Below are positions 18,467-27,316 of a DNA stretch of 29,116 nt, piece after piece (positions within the stretch are counted from its first letter, which is position 1; the number at the start of each line of letters is the position of its first letter). The notes below the pieces were generated by a model. The model was not told the DNA's origin and did not search any database. It saw only the letters and a list, made by a program, of their open reading frames with translations. The DNA comes from Dethiobacter sp. Lineage in GTDB: Bacteria; Bacillota; Dethiobacteria; DTU022. The DNA lies in NCBI GenBank assembly GCA_018333405.1, contig JAGXSR010000159.1:1-29116 (forward strand), given 5' to 3'. Both the position numbers and the translations under genes were made by a program.

Positions 18467-19858
18467 TCAACCACTATTGACAATCTCATTACGAATCAAT
18501 TCTATTTTATGTCTAAATTCAGGATTGTCTGCAAGAATATTTTCAATTTTTCGACATGCATGCAGCACAGTTGTATGATCCCGCCCTCCGAATTTTTCAC
18601 CAATTTTAGGCAGAGAAAGATCCGTTATATTGCGACAGAGATACATGGCTACCTGGCGGCATAAAGCAATATCTTGAGTTCTTTTTTTAGCGCTTAAATC
18701 CAGCGGGTTGACATCAAAATGGCTTGCAGTTATTTGGGTTATGTTTTTAACCGATATTTCCCTTTTTTTGGTATAAAGAATGGTTTTCAGGGCTTCATAA
18801 GTCAAACCTAAGGTAACCGGGCCTTTTGCCATAGAGGCATAAGCGACAATTCGAATCAGAGCGCCTTCTAATTCACGTATATTTGTTTCTATTTTTGATG
18901 CTATATGTTGTATCACATCGTTTGGAATATCCAGTCCGTCAGACTGTGCTTTTTTCCTGAGAATAGCAATACGTGTTTCCAGATCAGGAGGTTGAATATC
19001 AGTAATCAGGCCCCATTCAAACCGAGATCGCAACCGGTCTTCCAATGTAGGTATCTCTTTGGGAGGTCTATCGCTTGAAATAATAATTTGGCGGCTATTC
19101 TCATGAAGAGTATTAAATGTATGAAAAAATTCTTCCTGGGTTTGTTCTTTTTTAGCCAAAAACTGAATATCGTCTATTAATAAAACATCAATATTCCGGT
19201 ATTTATTGCGAAATTCAACGGTTTTATTGTCTCGGATTGCATTAATAAATTCATTAGTAAATTTTTCTGAAGAGAAATACATAACCCGGGATAATCCGTG
19301 ATTAAAAAATATATATTGCCCAATCGCATGTAGCAGGTGGGTCTTTCCCAGACCAACCCCTCCATAAATAAAAAGCGGATTATAGGCCCTGGCGGGTGTT
19401 TCAGCTACAGCTAAAGAAGCGGCATGTGATAAACGGTTACAATTTCCTACAACAAAGGTATCAAAAGTATATCGTGGGTTAAAGGACGAATAAGTAGTAT
19501 CAGGTATGAAACGACTAGCTACGCTCGGCTCCGGATCAGGCAAACCTATCCCCATGGAAGAGCTGTCGTTTGAGTTAATACTATCTTCAACATTTTCCAT
19601 AACTGAATTTACAGATATAACAAAATTTACAGTATAAATATCAGAAGTAATATTTTTTAAAACAGAAACAATAAGATCTTTATAACGGTTTTCAAACCAA
19701 TTTTTAGTAAAATCATTAGGCACCTCTACAATAAGCCGTTTATCTTTTATTGATAACACTCTAGCTGAACGCAACCATGTTTCTGAGCTAGGTTTACTTA
19801 AATCTTTACTCATTTCAGAAAGAACCAGACGCCATAATTCCTCCGGATTATTATCCAT
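18467..19858 (-). CDS. dnaA: Chromosomal replication initiator DnaA
   Basis: YTFDTFVVG, YNPLFIYGGVGLGKTHLL, LLIDDIQFL, RLRSRFEWGL, NIRELEGAL, and the domain IV signature SLPKIGEKFGGRDHTTVLHA. Confidence 0.98.
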   Translation of the reverse strand: MDNNPEELWRLVLSEMSKDLSKPSSETWLRSARVLSIKDKRLIVEVPNDFTKNWFENRYKDLIVSVLKNITSDIYTVNFVISVNSVMENVEDSINSNDSSSMGIGLPDPEPSVASRFIPDTTYSSFNPRYTFDTFVVGNCNRLSHAASLAVAETPARAYNPLFIYGGVGLGKTHLLHAIGQYIFFNHGLSRVMYFSSEKFTNEFINAIRDNKTVEFRNKYRNIDVLLIDDIQFLAKKEQTQEEFFHTFNTLHENSRQIIISSDRPPKEIPTLEDRLRSRFEWGLITDIQPPDLETRIAILRKKAQSDGLDIPNDVIQHIASKIETNIRELEGALIRIVAYASMAKGPVTLGLTYEALKTILYTKKREISVKNITQITASHFDVNPLDLSAKKRTQDIALCRQVAMYLCRNITDLSLPKIGEKFGGRDHTTVLHACRKIENILADNPEFRHKIELIRNEIVNSG

Positions 19859-19910
19859 TTACAGATCCTCCCGGTAGATATTAACCAAAGAATGTAAGTT
19901 GTATATATCA

Positions 19911-19963
19911 GTTTGCACATTATACACAGATTGTCAAAAGTTACGCACATTATTTGTGGATAA
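19911..19963. promoter_or_regulatory. DnaA-box cluster upstream of dnaA (second half of a bipartite oriC, overlapping the likely dnaA promoter)
   Basis: GTTTGCACA 19911-19919 (1 mismatch), TTATACACA 19920-19928 (perfect), TTACGCACA 19941-19949 (1 mismatch), TGTGGATAA 19955-19963 (perfect). An extended -10 TGTG-TATAAT on the minus strand has its hexamer at 19924-19919, overlapping the perfect box. Confidence 0.82.
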
Positions 19964-20197
19964 GTGTGGCATTCGTATGTATTTACAAGTAACTCCGGCA
20001 GATAATATATTAACAGAAACAGAGATCATCTGCAACGAGCAAGAGATGACCCAAAATGTTACCTTAATATTTTTTTTCAAGCGAATGAAGAGCAGATTGA
20101 AAATAGTGAGTGCGTTGCCCGGCAAAACCACCGGTATTATGCGGGCGCCGATAGCAACAGACAAGCGTCGCCCTGTATTCCATGTCGGGACCATGGC

Positions 20198-20227
20198 TTG
20201 ACACAGTGATTTTTCTTACGGTATAAT
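20198..20227 (+). promoter_or_regulatory. Sigma-A promoter of the rpmH operon
   Basis: TTGACA (20198-20203), 18-nt spacer, TATAAT (20222-20227). Confidence 0.8.
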
Positions 20228-20269
20228 TTTTTTATATATCAGAATAAAACTGGTTTAGAAGGGAAGAAC

Positions 20270-20404
20270 ATGAAAAGAACTTACCAGCCTAAAAAAAGTA
20301 TAAGAAAAAAAACTCACGGATTTATGAAACGAATGAGCACAAAGGCCGGAAGGTTGGTCCTAAAAAAGAGACGTATAAAGTTGCGCAAGCGACTTACTGC
20401 TTGA
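20270..20404 (+). CDS. rpmH: 50S ribosomal protein L34
   Basis: Not in the ORF track. Manual translation gives [44 protein letters not shown] (44 aa), in the canonical position divergent from dnaA. Confidence 0.95.
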   Translation: MKRTYQPKKSIRKKTHGFMKRMSTKAGRLVLKKRRIKLRKRLTA

Positions 20405-20421
20405 TGCCGCGGTTTTAGATA

Positions 20422-20772
20422 ATGGCTTGCGGGAGAATTAAAAAAAGCTGGGAATTCAAGCATACTTATCGTTATGGGAAAACACTGGTTAGCCGAAGTG
20501 TGGTTATTTATTTTTGTACTAATAAAATATGTATAAACAGAATTGGATTTTCTATCAGCAAAAAAGTGGGAAAAAGTGTCAAGAGACACAGAATAAAAAG
20601 GGTTTACAGAGAAGCCTTTTGCCATATTCAGGGTATGATTAAGCAAGGGTTTGATTTTGTTTTGATTGCCCGCGCACCTGCTGTAGAGATGGATTATCAT
20701 CGGGCCAAGGAGGAGCTGCTTTACCTGTGCAGGAAAGGAAGGCTATTAAAACAGAGAGAGTTAAACGACTGA
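20422..20772 (+). CDS. rnpA: Ribonuclease P protein component
   Basis: RIKKSWEF...[25 protein letters not shown]...GFDFVLIAR; follows rpmH. Confidence 0.92.
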   Translation: MACGRIKKSWEFKHTYRYGKTLVSRSVVIYFCTNKICINRIGFSISKKVGKSVKRHRIKRVYREAFCHIQGMIKQGFDFVLIARAPAVEMDYHRAKEELLYLCRKGRLLKQRELND

Positions 20773-20981
20773 CTGTTTTATTATGTTTATATTCAATAAG
20801 AGCCTATCAAATGTGTTTATCTCCATTAATACCTAGAAGATGTCGTTTTTACCCTACTTGCTCACAGTATTTTTACGAGGCAATTGAAAAAAACGGTATA
20901 TATAAGGGAGGCGTGATGGGGGTTAAAAGAATCTTATGCTGTCATCCGTTTCATCCCGGAGGTTATGATCCAGTCAAGTAA
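20727..20981 (+). CDS. yidD: Membrane protein insertion efficiency factor YidD
   Basis: YQ..LSP....[17 protein letters not shown]...[17 protein letters not shown]. The start is uncertain: the GTG overlaps rnpA and its SD is 13 nt away. Confidence 0.92.
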   Translation: MQERKAIKTERVKRLTVLLCLYSIRAYQMCLSPLIPRRCRFYPTCSQYFYEAIEKNGIYKGGVMGVKRILCCHPFHPGGYDPVK

Positions 20982-21002
20982 ATAGAGGTGCAGGAGGAGA
21001 AA

Positions 21003-21785
21003 ATGGGCGAAATTATCAACACAATAGCAGCATTTTTGGGCAATATAATCAGCTATATTTATTTGGTAGTGCCTAATTTTGGACTGGCCATAATTATCCT
21101 TACACTGTTTATAAAATTAGTGACTTTCCCTTTAAATAACAAACAGATGGAATCAGCCCGCAAAATGCAGAAATTACAGCCGGAACTAAAAAAAATACAG
21201 CAAAAATATAAAGACGATAAAGAAAAACAAAATAAGGCAGTCTCCGAGTTTATGCAGGAAAACAAGATGAATCCTCTGGCCGGCTGCATGCCGCTTTTAG
21301 TGCAATTTCCTGTTTTAATCGCCATTTTCAGATTGCTTAGCGATGCCACAGGTTTTGGGGTAACTGAAATACCCGATTTTAGCGCTTATCTTATACCAGG
21401 CGTACAATTGTGGGGCAACTTGTTAATTGCCGACCCATATTATATCTTTCCAATTATGTCAGGAGTGACCACGTTCATATCTCAGAAGCAGACCATGACT
21501 GATCCTAACCAGAAAATGCTTCTATATATGATGCCGGTAATGATCACTTTTTTAAGTTTTAGTTTTCCGGCAGGACTGGTCTTGTATTGGACTACGAATA
21601 ACCTCTTTTCCATGGGGCAGCATTCACTAATGACATATTTGGGAAAAAGAAAAGCGGAGAAAACGGAAAAAAATATAGCATTAGAAAAAGATAATGTTAA
21701 CGAAGAAAAGAAAGAAGTTAAGCAGACAAAAACAGATGTGAAAAAAATGAAAAAAGGCCCAGGTAAAGGGGGCAGGCGGGAGTGA
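21003..21785 (+). CDS. yidC: YidC/Oxa1/SpoIIIJ membrane protein insertase (short Gram-positive type)
   Basis: NFGLAIIILTLFIKL..PL, KLQPELKKIQQKYK, MNPLAGCMPLLVQFPVL and PAGLVLYWTTNN. Start placed at ATG 21003 behind GGAGG. Confidence 0.93.
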   Translation: MGEIINTIAAFLGNIISYIYLVVPNFGLAIIILTLFIKLVTFPLNNKQMESARKMQKLQPELKKIQQKYKDDKEKQNKAVSEFMQENKMNPLAGCMPLLVQFPVLIAIFRLLSDATGFGVTEIPDFSAYLIPGVQLWGNLLIADPYYIFPIMSGVTTFISQKQTMTDPNQKMLLYMMPVMITFLSFSFPAGLVLYWTTNNLFSMGQHSLMTYLGKRKAEKTEKNIALEKDNVNEEKKEVKQTKTDVKKMKKGPGKGGRRE

Positions 21786-22405
21786 TAACAGCCATAGAAG
21801 AAACAGGAAAGACTGTGGAGGAAGCGATACTAAAAGCGCTCTTCTCTCTCGGAATTAAACGTGAAAATGCGGTTATAGAAGTTTTGAATGTGCCGGCGCA
21901 AGGGATATTTAGCTTCGTGGGCAATAAAAAGGCTAAAGTATCTGTTCGGCCTCTATGTGAACCTGCAGAATATATGGCTAAATATTTTAAAAAAGTACTA
22001 GAGTTGGTGAACATTTGTGGAAACGTATCTGTTTTAGAAGAAGATGACAAGCTGAACATCAGTATTGAGGGGAAAAAGAGTGCAATTTTGATCGGCCGAC
22101 GTGGTAAAACATTAAATGAAATACAATACTTAGCCAATGCAACTTTAAGGAGACAGTATAAGGGAATAAATAAATTGGTTATTGTGGATGTGGAAGGTTA
22201 TCGTATCCGTCGGGAAAGAACACTGAGACAGTTGGCTTTAAGCATCGCCCGTAAAGCCAGTCAGACAGGACGCGAACAAGAACTGGAACCGATGACACCG
22301 CAGGAGCGAAGGGTTATTCATCTGGCGCTTCAGGACCAGGAGGGGATTGTCACCTACAGCAAGGGCGAAGAGCCATATCGAAAAGTGGTTATCAGCCCTC
22401 AGTAG
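21782..22405 (+). CDS. jag: Jag/EloR (KhpB, SpoIIIJ-associated) RNA-binding protein with KH and R3H domains
   Basis: TGKTVEEAI, LIGRRGKTLNEIQYL, VDVEGYR and LEPMTPQERRVIH (R3H). GTGA overlap with yidC. Confidence 0.92.
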   Translation: MITAIEETGKTVEEAILKALFSLGIKRENAVIEVLNVPAQGIFSFVGNKKAKVSVRPLCEPAEYMAKYFKKVLELVNICGNVSVLEEDDKLNISIEGKKSAILIGRRGKTLNEIQYLANATLRRQYKGINKLVIVDVEGYRIRRERTLRQLALSIARKASQTGREQELEPMTPQERRVIHLALQDQEGIVTYSKGEEPYRKVVISPQ

Positions 22406-22414
22406 GACTCGCTT

Positions 22415-22442
22415 AAAACCGCTTCTCAACAGGGCGGTTTTT
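22415..22442 (+). terminator. Possible intrinsic terminator/hairpin between jag and mnmE
   Basis: AAAACCGCTT...GGGCGGTTTTT inverted repeat with T-tract, ending just before the mnmE SD. Confidence 0.5.
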
Positions 22443-22459
22443 AAATCAGGAGGACCATA

Positions 22460-23839
22460 ATGTCGGAAAGTGATACAATTGCCGCAATCAGCACTCCTTC
22501 CGGCGAAGGCGGAATCGGAATTGTCAGAGTCAGCGGACCTGAGTCTTTTCAACTGGCAAAGCGAATATTTGTGCCACACAAGGGAATTAAGGACAACTAT
22601 CCCCTTTCACACCACCTCTACCACGGTCATATAAGAAATGAGCAGAGCGAAATTGTAGACGAGGCGCTTGTTTCGTTTATGCGCGCACCACACACCTACA
22701 CCTGTGAAGATACCGTAGAAGTGAATTGTCACAGTGGGATATTTACACTAAGATTAATTCTCGCTCTTATTTTAAAACTAGGGGCCCGTTTGGCTGAACC
22801 CGGAGAATTTACAAAGCGTGCTTTCCTGAACGGAAGGATTGATTTAAGCCAGGCGGAAAGTGTGCTCAAGATAATTCGAGCGCGCTCGGAAGAGGGAGTA
22901 AAGATAGCGGCCCGAAATGTAATGGGCTGTCTGAAGGTGGAAGTGGATAACATAAGAAGCGAGATGCTGGATGTGATGGCACAAATAGAGGCACTATTAG
23001 AATACCCGGAGGATATAGATCAAGAAGGCTCAATTAATTTAAATATCATGACAAAAATTAATCGTGTAATACAGATGCTGTATCAATTGCTACAAGGAGC
23101 GGAGAGAGCGAGCGCTTACCAGGATGGAATTGATACGGCAATAATCGGCAAGCCTAACGCCGGCAAATCATCTTTATTAAATGCTTTACTGAGACAACAG
23201 AGGGCCATCGTTCATGAAATTCCCGGCACTACACGCGATCTATTGGAAGGATACTTATACATAGAAGGATATCCGATCAGGATAATGGATACAGCCGGCA
23301 TTAGAAACACTGTGGATCCGGTGGAACAGGAAGGAATCAACCGATCAAAGGGTGCCGCGGAAAGGGCCAAGTTAATACTGGTAGTAATAGATGGCTCAAC
23401 CTCATGGAGTGATGAGGACGAAGCATTGCTACAAATGATCCGGGACGATCAGGCATCAATTATAGTGCTGAATAAAGCAGATTTACCTCAACTCGTATCT
23501 GACGAATTTCTCGCGAATCGCTTCGGAGACAAAAAAATTATCAGAACCGCCTTAGTGAATAACCAAGGTATAAATCAGTTGGAAGAAGAAATAATCCGAC
23601 TGTTGGATCAACATCTTGGCCATGGCGGAGAAAATTATGCGATGATCGGTTTACGTCACGAGGAGATAGTCCGGGAAACATTAAAAAGCATGGAAAGATC
23701 TGCTGTTGCTTCTCAACCGCTGGAGTTGGTCAGCCTGGGTTTGCACGAAGCGTGGAGAAAACTGGGAGAGATCACCGGAGAGATTGCCACCGATGAGCTG
23801 TTGGACCGGATATTCAGCCAATTCTGTCTCGGAAAGTAG
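22460..23839 (+). CDS. mnmE: tRNA modification GTPase MnmE (TrmE)
   Basis: DTIAAISTP.GEGGIGIVRVSG, AEPGEFTKRAFLNGRIDL, G1 GKPNAGKSS, PGTTRD, DTAGIR, NKAD and C-terminal FCLGK. Confidence 0.96.
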   Translation: MSESDTIAAISTPSGEGGIGIVRVSGPESFQLAKRIFVPHKGIKDNYPLSHHLYHGHIRNEQSEIVDEALVSFMRAPHTYTCEDTVEVNCHSGIFTLRLILALILKLGARLAEPGEFTKRAFLNGRIDLSQAESVLKIIRARSEEGVKIAARNVMGCLKVEVDNIRSEMLDVMAQIEALLEYPEDIDQEGSINLNIMTKINRVIQMLYQLLQGAERASAYQDGIDTAIIGKPNAGKSSLLNALLRQQRAIVHEIPGTTRDLLEGYLYIEGYPIRIMDTAGIRNTVDPVEQEGINRSKGAAERAKLILVVIDGSTSWSDEDEALLQMIRDDQASIIVLNKADLPQLVSDEFLANRFGDKKIIRTALVNNQGINQLEEEIIRLLDQHLGHGGENYAMIGLRHEEIVRETLKSMERSAVASQPLELVSLGLHEAWRKLGEITGEIATDELLDRIFSQFCLGK

Positions 23840-23855
23840 AGATATAATTTCCAAA

Positions 23856-24605
23856 ATGAAAAAAGATAAGCAGTTGATATTGATCCAGGATATGTTGGCT
23901 TTAATTAATCTAAGGCTAAACGTGGAACAGGAACATCAACTTTTGCGATATTTACAGTTGATCATAGAGGGACTGGCCAGGCAGCGTATAATCGGAACCG
24001 GCAACGAAGATGAAATTATTAAAAAACATCTAGGCGATAGCCTTTACCCGGTTATATTGAAACTTATAAAGCCCGGATCAATACTTGACTTAGGCTCGGG
24101 CGCCGGCTTGCCAGGCATACCGATCAAAATATGCCTGCCGGAGCAAGAGATTTATTTAATGGACTCAAATCGCCGCAAAATGTGTTTTTTACATAGAGTC
24201 AGCGCTGAACTAAGTCTGGAAAATGTGTTTTGTCTGTTAGGCAGAGCTGAAACTTGGGGGAGAAATAAGAATTACAGAGAACGTTTTATGACCGTGGTCA
24301 TCCGCGCTGTAGCGGCCACTACCACGCTGGCAGAGCTGTCATTGCCCTTAACCAAGGTTGGCGGTAAAGTAATATTATTTAAGGGATCGCAATATGAAGA
24401 TGAAATGTATGCGGCGACAGCGGCAATTACTATATGCGGAGGCGAAGTAAGCAACATTTTTCATTATAAGCTGCCGGATGGAGAGGAAAGGGCGCTTATA
24501 TGCTTGAATAAGGTTAAAAACACGCCTGAATTTTACCCCAGGAGCGTCGGTATGCCTGAGAAAAAGCCTATCACCATAAAAAAAACATATATAAAAAAGG
24601 AATGA
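23856..24605 (+). CDS. rsmG: 16S rRNA m7G527 methyltransferase RsmG (GidB)
   Basis: KHLGDSL, SAM motif LDLGSGAGLPGIP, DSNRRK..FL, GRAE, and FYPRSVGMPEKKP. The ORF-track extension (23706) overlaps mnmE; ATG 23856 is preferred. Confidence 0.92.
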   Translation: MKKDKQLILIQDMLALINLRLNVEQEHQLLRYLQLIIEGLARQRIIGTGNEDEIIKKHLGDSLYPVILKLIKPGSILDLGSGAGLPGIPIKICLPEQEIYLMDSNRRKMCFLHRVSAELSLENVFCLLGRAETWGRNKNYRERFMTVVIRAVAATTTLAELSLPLTKVGGKVILFKGSQYEDEMYAATAAITICGGEVSNIFHYKLPDGEERALICLNKVKNTPEFYPRSVGMPEKKPITIKKTYIKKE

Positions 24606-24663
24606 CTCTCTCACTGTCTAATAAGAAATTGGTTAAGTATTGCCCCTAAAGGCGGTGAGAGCG

Positions 24664-25488
24664 ATGAAAGAAATCTGGGAAAGCGGATATATGCTGACTG
24701 ATCCAGGGAGTGGCAAAGATAAAATATCAATGATTAATATAGATGCCATTGAGCCTAATCCCTATCAGCCGAGGCGGGAATTTTTGCCGGAGAAGATTCT
24801 AGAATTACAGCAATCCATCAAAACTTACGGTCTGCTTCAGCCGATCATGGTCAGACCCAGTGCCCGAGGCTATCAGCTGGCGCTTGGGGAAAGAAGGCTT
24901 TTGGCATGTAAAGGTCTGGGATGGAAAACCATAACCGCAACAATTAAGGATCTTTCTGACAGTGCCATGGCTACAGTTGCCTTAATAGAAAACCTGCAGC
25001 GAGAAGACCTGAATTTTATTGAAGAGGCCGAAGGATATGCGCAGTTGATGGAACAGTTTAAACTGACACAGGAAGTATTGGCACAGCGACTGGGCAAAAG
25101 CCAATCAGCCATCGCCAATAAGATCAGATTGCTGAAGCTGCCTTGTTCTGTAAAAAAAGCTATACTAAAAGAAAAACTGACCGAGCGGCATGCCCGGGCT
25201 CTGTTGAAATTAAATTCCGAAGAGCTGCAGAATAAAATATTACTTGAAATTATCGGGAAGGATTTAACCGTAAGCCAAACCGAAACGAAAATTGCGAAGA
25301 TGCTGGACTGTGAAAGCGATCCCGTAGTCAAGAAGTTGCCCAGGACGGTAGTCAGAGATTTTCGAATATTTTTGAATACTCTTCGGGAAGCGGTGAAGAT
25401 AATTGAGGGTTCCGGGCTTTCTCCGGAAGTAACCGAAAAAGTGGAAAACAGCTATGTAGAGGTAATAATTAGATTAAACAGGAAGTAA
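24664..25488 (+). CDS. noc: Nucleoid occlusion protein Noc (ParB paralog)
   Basis: ParB domain with PNPYQPRR, YGLLQPI, GERR and ALIENLQREDL, plus an HTH. The C-terminus RDFRIFLNTLREAV..I..SG is Noc-like, and the position between rsmG and soj fits. Start placed at ATG 24664 behind GGTGAG. Confidence 0.8.
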   Translation: MKEIWESGYMLTDPGSGKDKISMINIDAIEPNPYQPRREFLPEKILELQQSIKTYGLLQPIMVRPSARGYQLALGERRLLACKGLGWKTITATIKDLSDSAMATVALIENLQREDLNFIEEAEGYAQLMEQFKLTQEVLAQRLGKSQSAIANKIRLLKLPCSVKKAILKEKLTERHARALLKLNSEELQNKILLEIIGKDLTVSQTETKIAKMLDCESDPVVKKLPRTVVRDFRIFLNTLREAVKIIEGSGLSPEVTEKVENSYVEVIIRLNRK

Positions 25489-25526
25489 AATGCGCGATCC
25501 CGTCCAGTTTAGTTAAGGAGACATAT

Positions 25527-26285
25527 ATGTCTAGAGTAATTGCCGTCGCCAATCAGAAAGGCGGAGTGGGCAAAACCACTACCGCGGTAAACTTAAGCGC
25601 AGCACTGTCGACGTTAGGAGAAAAAGTATTGCTGCTGGACATAGATCCACAAGGGAATGCAACCAGCGGAATGGGCATAAAGAAGAAGGAGGTGAAAGCT
25701 TGCATATATGACGCTTTGATTAATGGACTACCCTTGGAGACGGTGGCAATCCCTTCACAATGGGATAATTTAGATGTAATCCCTGCGACTATTCAGTTAG
25801 CCGGAGCAGAAATTGAGTTGGTCCCTACGGTTTCCAGGGAAGTGAAGCTAAAGCAGTCGCTCGCATCTATCAAAAGCAAGTATACGCGAATTATTATAGA
25901 CTGTCCTCCGTCGTTAGGTCTTCTGACATTGAATGCTTTGACCGCGGCCGATGGAATCATTATTCCAATCCAATGCGAGTATTATGCTCTGGAGGGGTTG
26001 GGACAGCTCATGAATACCATATCACTGGTGAGAAGACATCTCAACGAAAGTTTGAAAATTGAAGGCATCGTGCTGACTATGTATGATTCAAGAACAAATT
26101 TATCGGAGCAGGTTGTTGATGAAGTCAAAAGGCATTTCAGGGAATTAATGTTTACGACGATCATACAGCGTAATGTTCGCTTAAGCGAAGCACCTAGCCA
26201 TGGATTGCACATATTGGAATACGACCCGCGCAGTAAAGGAGCGGAATTATATCTTGCTTTGGCCAAAGAGGTGCAGCTGAGGTGA
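25527..26285 (+). CDS. soj: Chromosome partitioning ATPase Soj/ParA
   Basis: IAVANQKGGVGKTTTAVNL, DIDPQGNATSG, IIIDCPPSLGLLTLNAL, PIQCEYYALEG and NVRLSEAPSHG. Confidence 0.96.
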   Translation: MSRVIAVANQKGGVGKTTTAVNLSAALSTLGEKVLLLDIDPQGNATSGMGIKKKEVKACIYDALINGLPLETVAIPSQWDNLDVIPATIQLAGAEIELVPTVSREVKLKQSLASIKSKYTRIIIDCPPSLGLLTLNALTAADGIIIPIQCEYYALEGLGQLMNTISLVRRHLNESLKIEGIVLTMYDSRTNLSEQVVDEVKRHFRELMFTTIIQRNVRLSEAPSHGLHILEYDPRSKGAELYLALAKEVQLR

Positions 26286-27142
26286 GAGATAAGAAACGCT
26301 TAGGAAGAGGACTGGAAGCGTTGATTCCAGATTTATCTCCCGAAAAAGAAAATGACATTAAGGAAATCTCTCTCGATAAAATCAAACCCAATCCTTACCA
26401 GCCACGTATCAACTTTGATGATGAGAAATTGCGCGAGTTGGCCGACTCCATCAAAGAGCACGGAGTAGTACAAGCTATAGTTGTTTCGCCGGCTGATGGA
26501 GAGTTTATCCTGGTTGCCGGAGAGCGCCGATACCGTGCCGCCCAACTGGTCGGGTTGCCGACCATTCCGGCAGTAGTAAGGAAATACAACAAAAGGGCCA
26601 TGCTCGAGATTGCGTTAATCGAGAATCTTCAGCGCGAAGACCTAACCCCCATAGAAGAAGGAGAAGCCTATCGTCGACTAATTGACGAATTCAATCTAAC
26701 TCAAGAAGAGTTATCACTGCGCATCGGGAAAAGCAGATCTGCTATTGCGAATACTATAAGGCTTTTGTCTCTACCGGAAGTAATCAAAGATGCGCTGTGC
26801 CGGGGAGATATTACTGCCGGGCAGGCCAGACCATTACTGGGCTTGCCTGACAATGAGACCAGGGAGAAAGCGGCAACGCAAATTATAACCAGGGGTATGA
26901 CCGCCAGAGAAGTTGAAAACATGGTGGCGGATACGGTAAAGAGGAAGCGCTTGCCTGGTTTTAAAGTATTGCCCGAAGCAGACCCACACCTAAAGGAGAC
27001 ACAGATTCAACTGCAACGCCGCTTAGGCACAAAAGTGAAGATGATTAAAGGGAAGCAAGGCGGCTCCCTGGAAATATACTTTTACAGCGACGAAGATCTG
27101 GTCAGGCTGTTAATGATTTTGCTTCCCGACGGTATATCTTAA
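26282..27142 (+). CDS. spo0J: Chromosome partitioning protein Spo0J/ParB
   Basis: LGRGLEALI, PNPYQPR, AGERRYRA, ALIENLQREDL, GKSRSAIANTIRLL and GSLEIYF. GTGA overlap with soj. Confidence 0.95.
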   Translation: MRDKKRLGRGLEALIPDLSPEKENDIKEISLDKIKPNPYQPRINFDDEKLRELADSIKEHGVVQAIVVSPADGEFILVAGERRYRAAQLVGLPTIPAVVRKYNKRAMLEIALIENLQREDLTPIEEGEAYRRLIDEFNLTQEELSLRIGKSRSAIANTIRLLSLPEVIKDALCRGDITAGQARPLLGLPDNETREKAATQIITRGMTAREVENMVADTVKRKRLPGFKVLPEADPHLKETQIQLQRRLGTKVKMIKGKQGGSLEIYFYSDEDLVRLLMILLPDGIS

Positions 27143-27174
27143 TGAACAGTGTTTAAAAATTGGCAAGGCTAATC

Positions 27175-27211
27175 ACGGCCTGTTTCACGTGAAACAGGCC
27201 GTTCTTTTTTT
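27175..27211 (+). terminator. Terminator-like extended palindrome containing parS
   Basis: ACGGCC-[parS]-GGCCGT is a 28-bp perfect palindrome (27175-27202), followed by TCTTTTTTT. Confidence 0.6.
27181..27196. promoter_or_regulatory. parS: parS centromere site
   Basis: TGTTTCACGTGAAACA is a perfect consensus palindrome, 39 nt after the spo0J stop. Confidence 0.95.
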
Positions 27212-27316
27212 ATGCTCAAATAAAGGAATATCATATTTTAAATCGAATTAATACTTGTTAAGTTTCCTTAATGTGTTTGAGTGAGGATTGGCATGAGGAC
27301 GGTGTTGGTATAGCTG

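Noticed and set aside
23706-23855. N-terminal extension of rsmG in the ORF track
   Set aside because: It overlaps the conserved mnmE C-terminus in another frame and has no RsmG similarity.
24873-25331. 152-aa minus-strand ORF, and similar ones opposite soj, spo0J, jag and the bactofilin
   Set aside because: Antisense to conserved genes, with no coding signal of their own.
27231-27258. TCATATT...AATACTT as a sporulation sigma-E promoter for DUF4446
   Set aside because: The spacer is 12 nt rather than about 14, and the -10 is a poor match.
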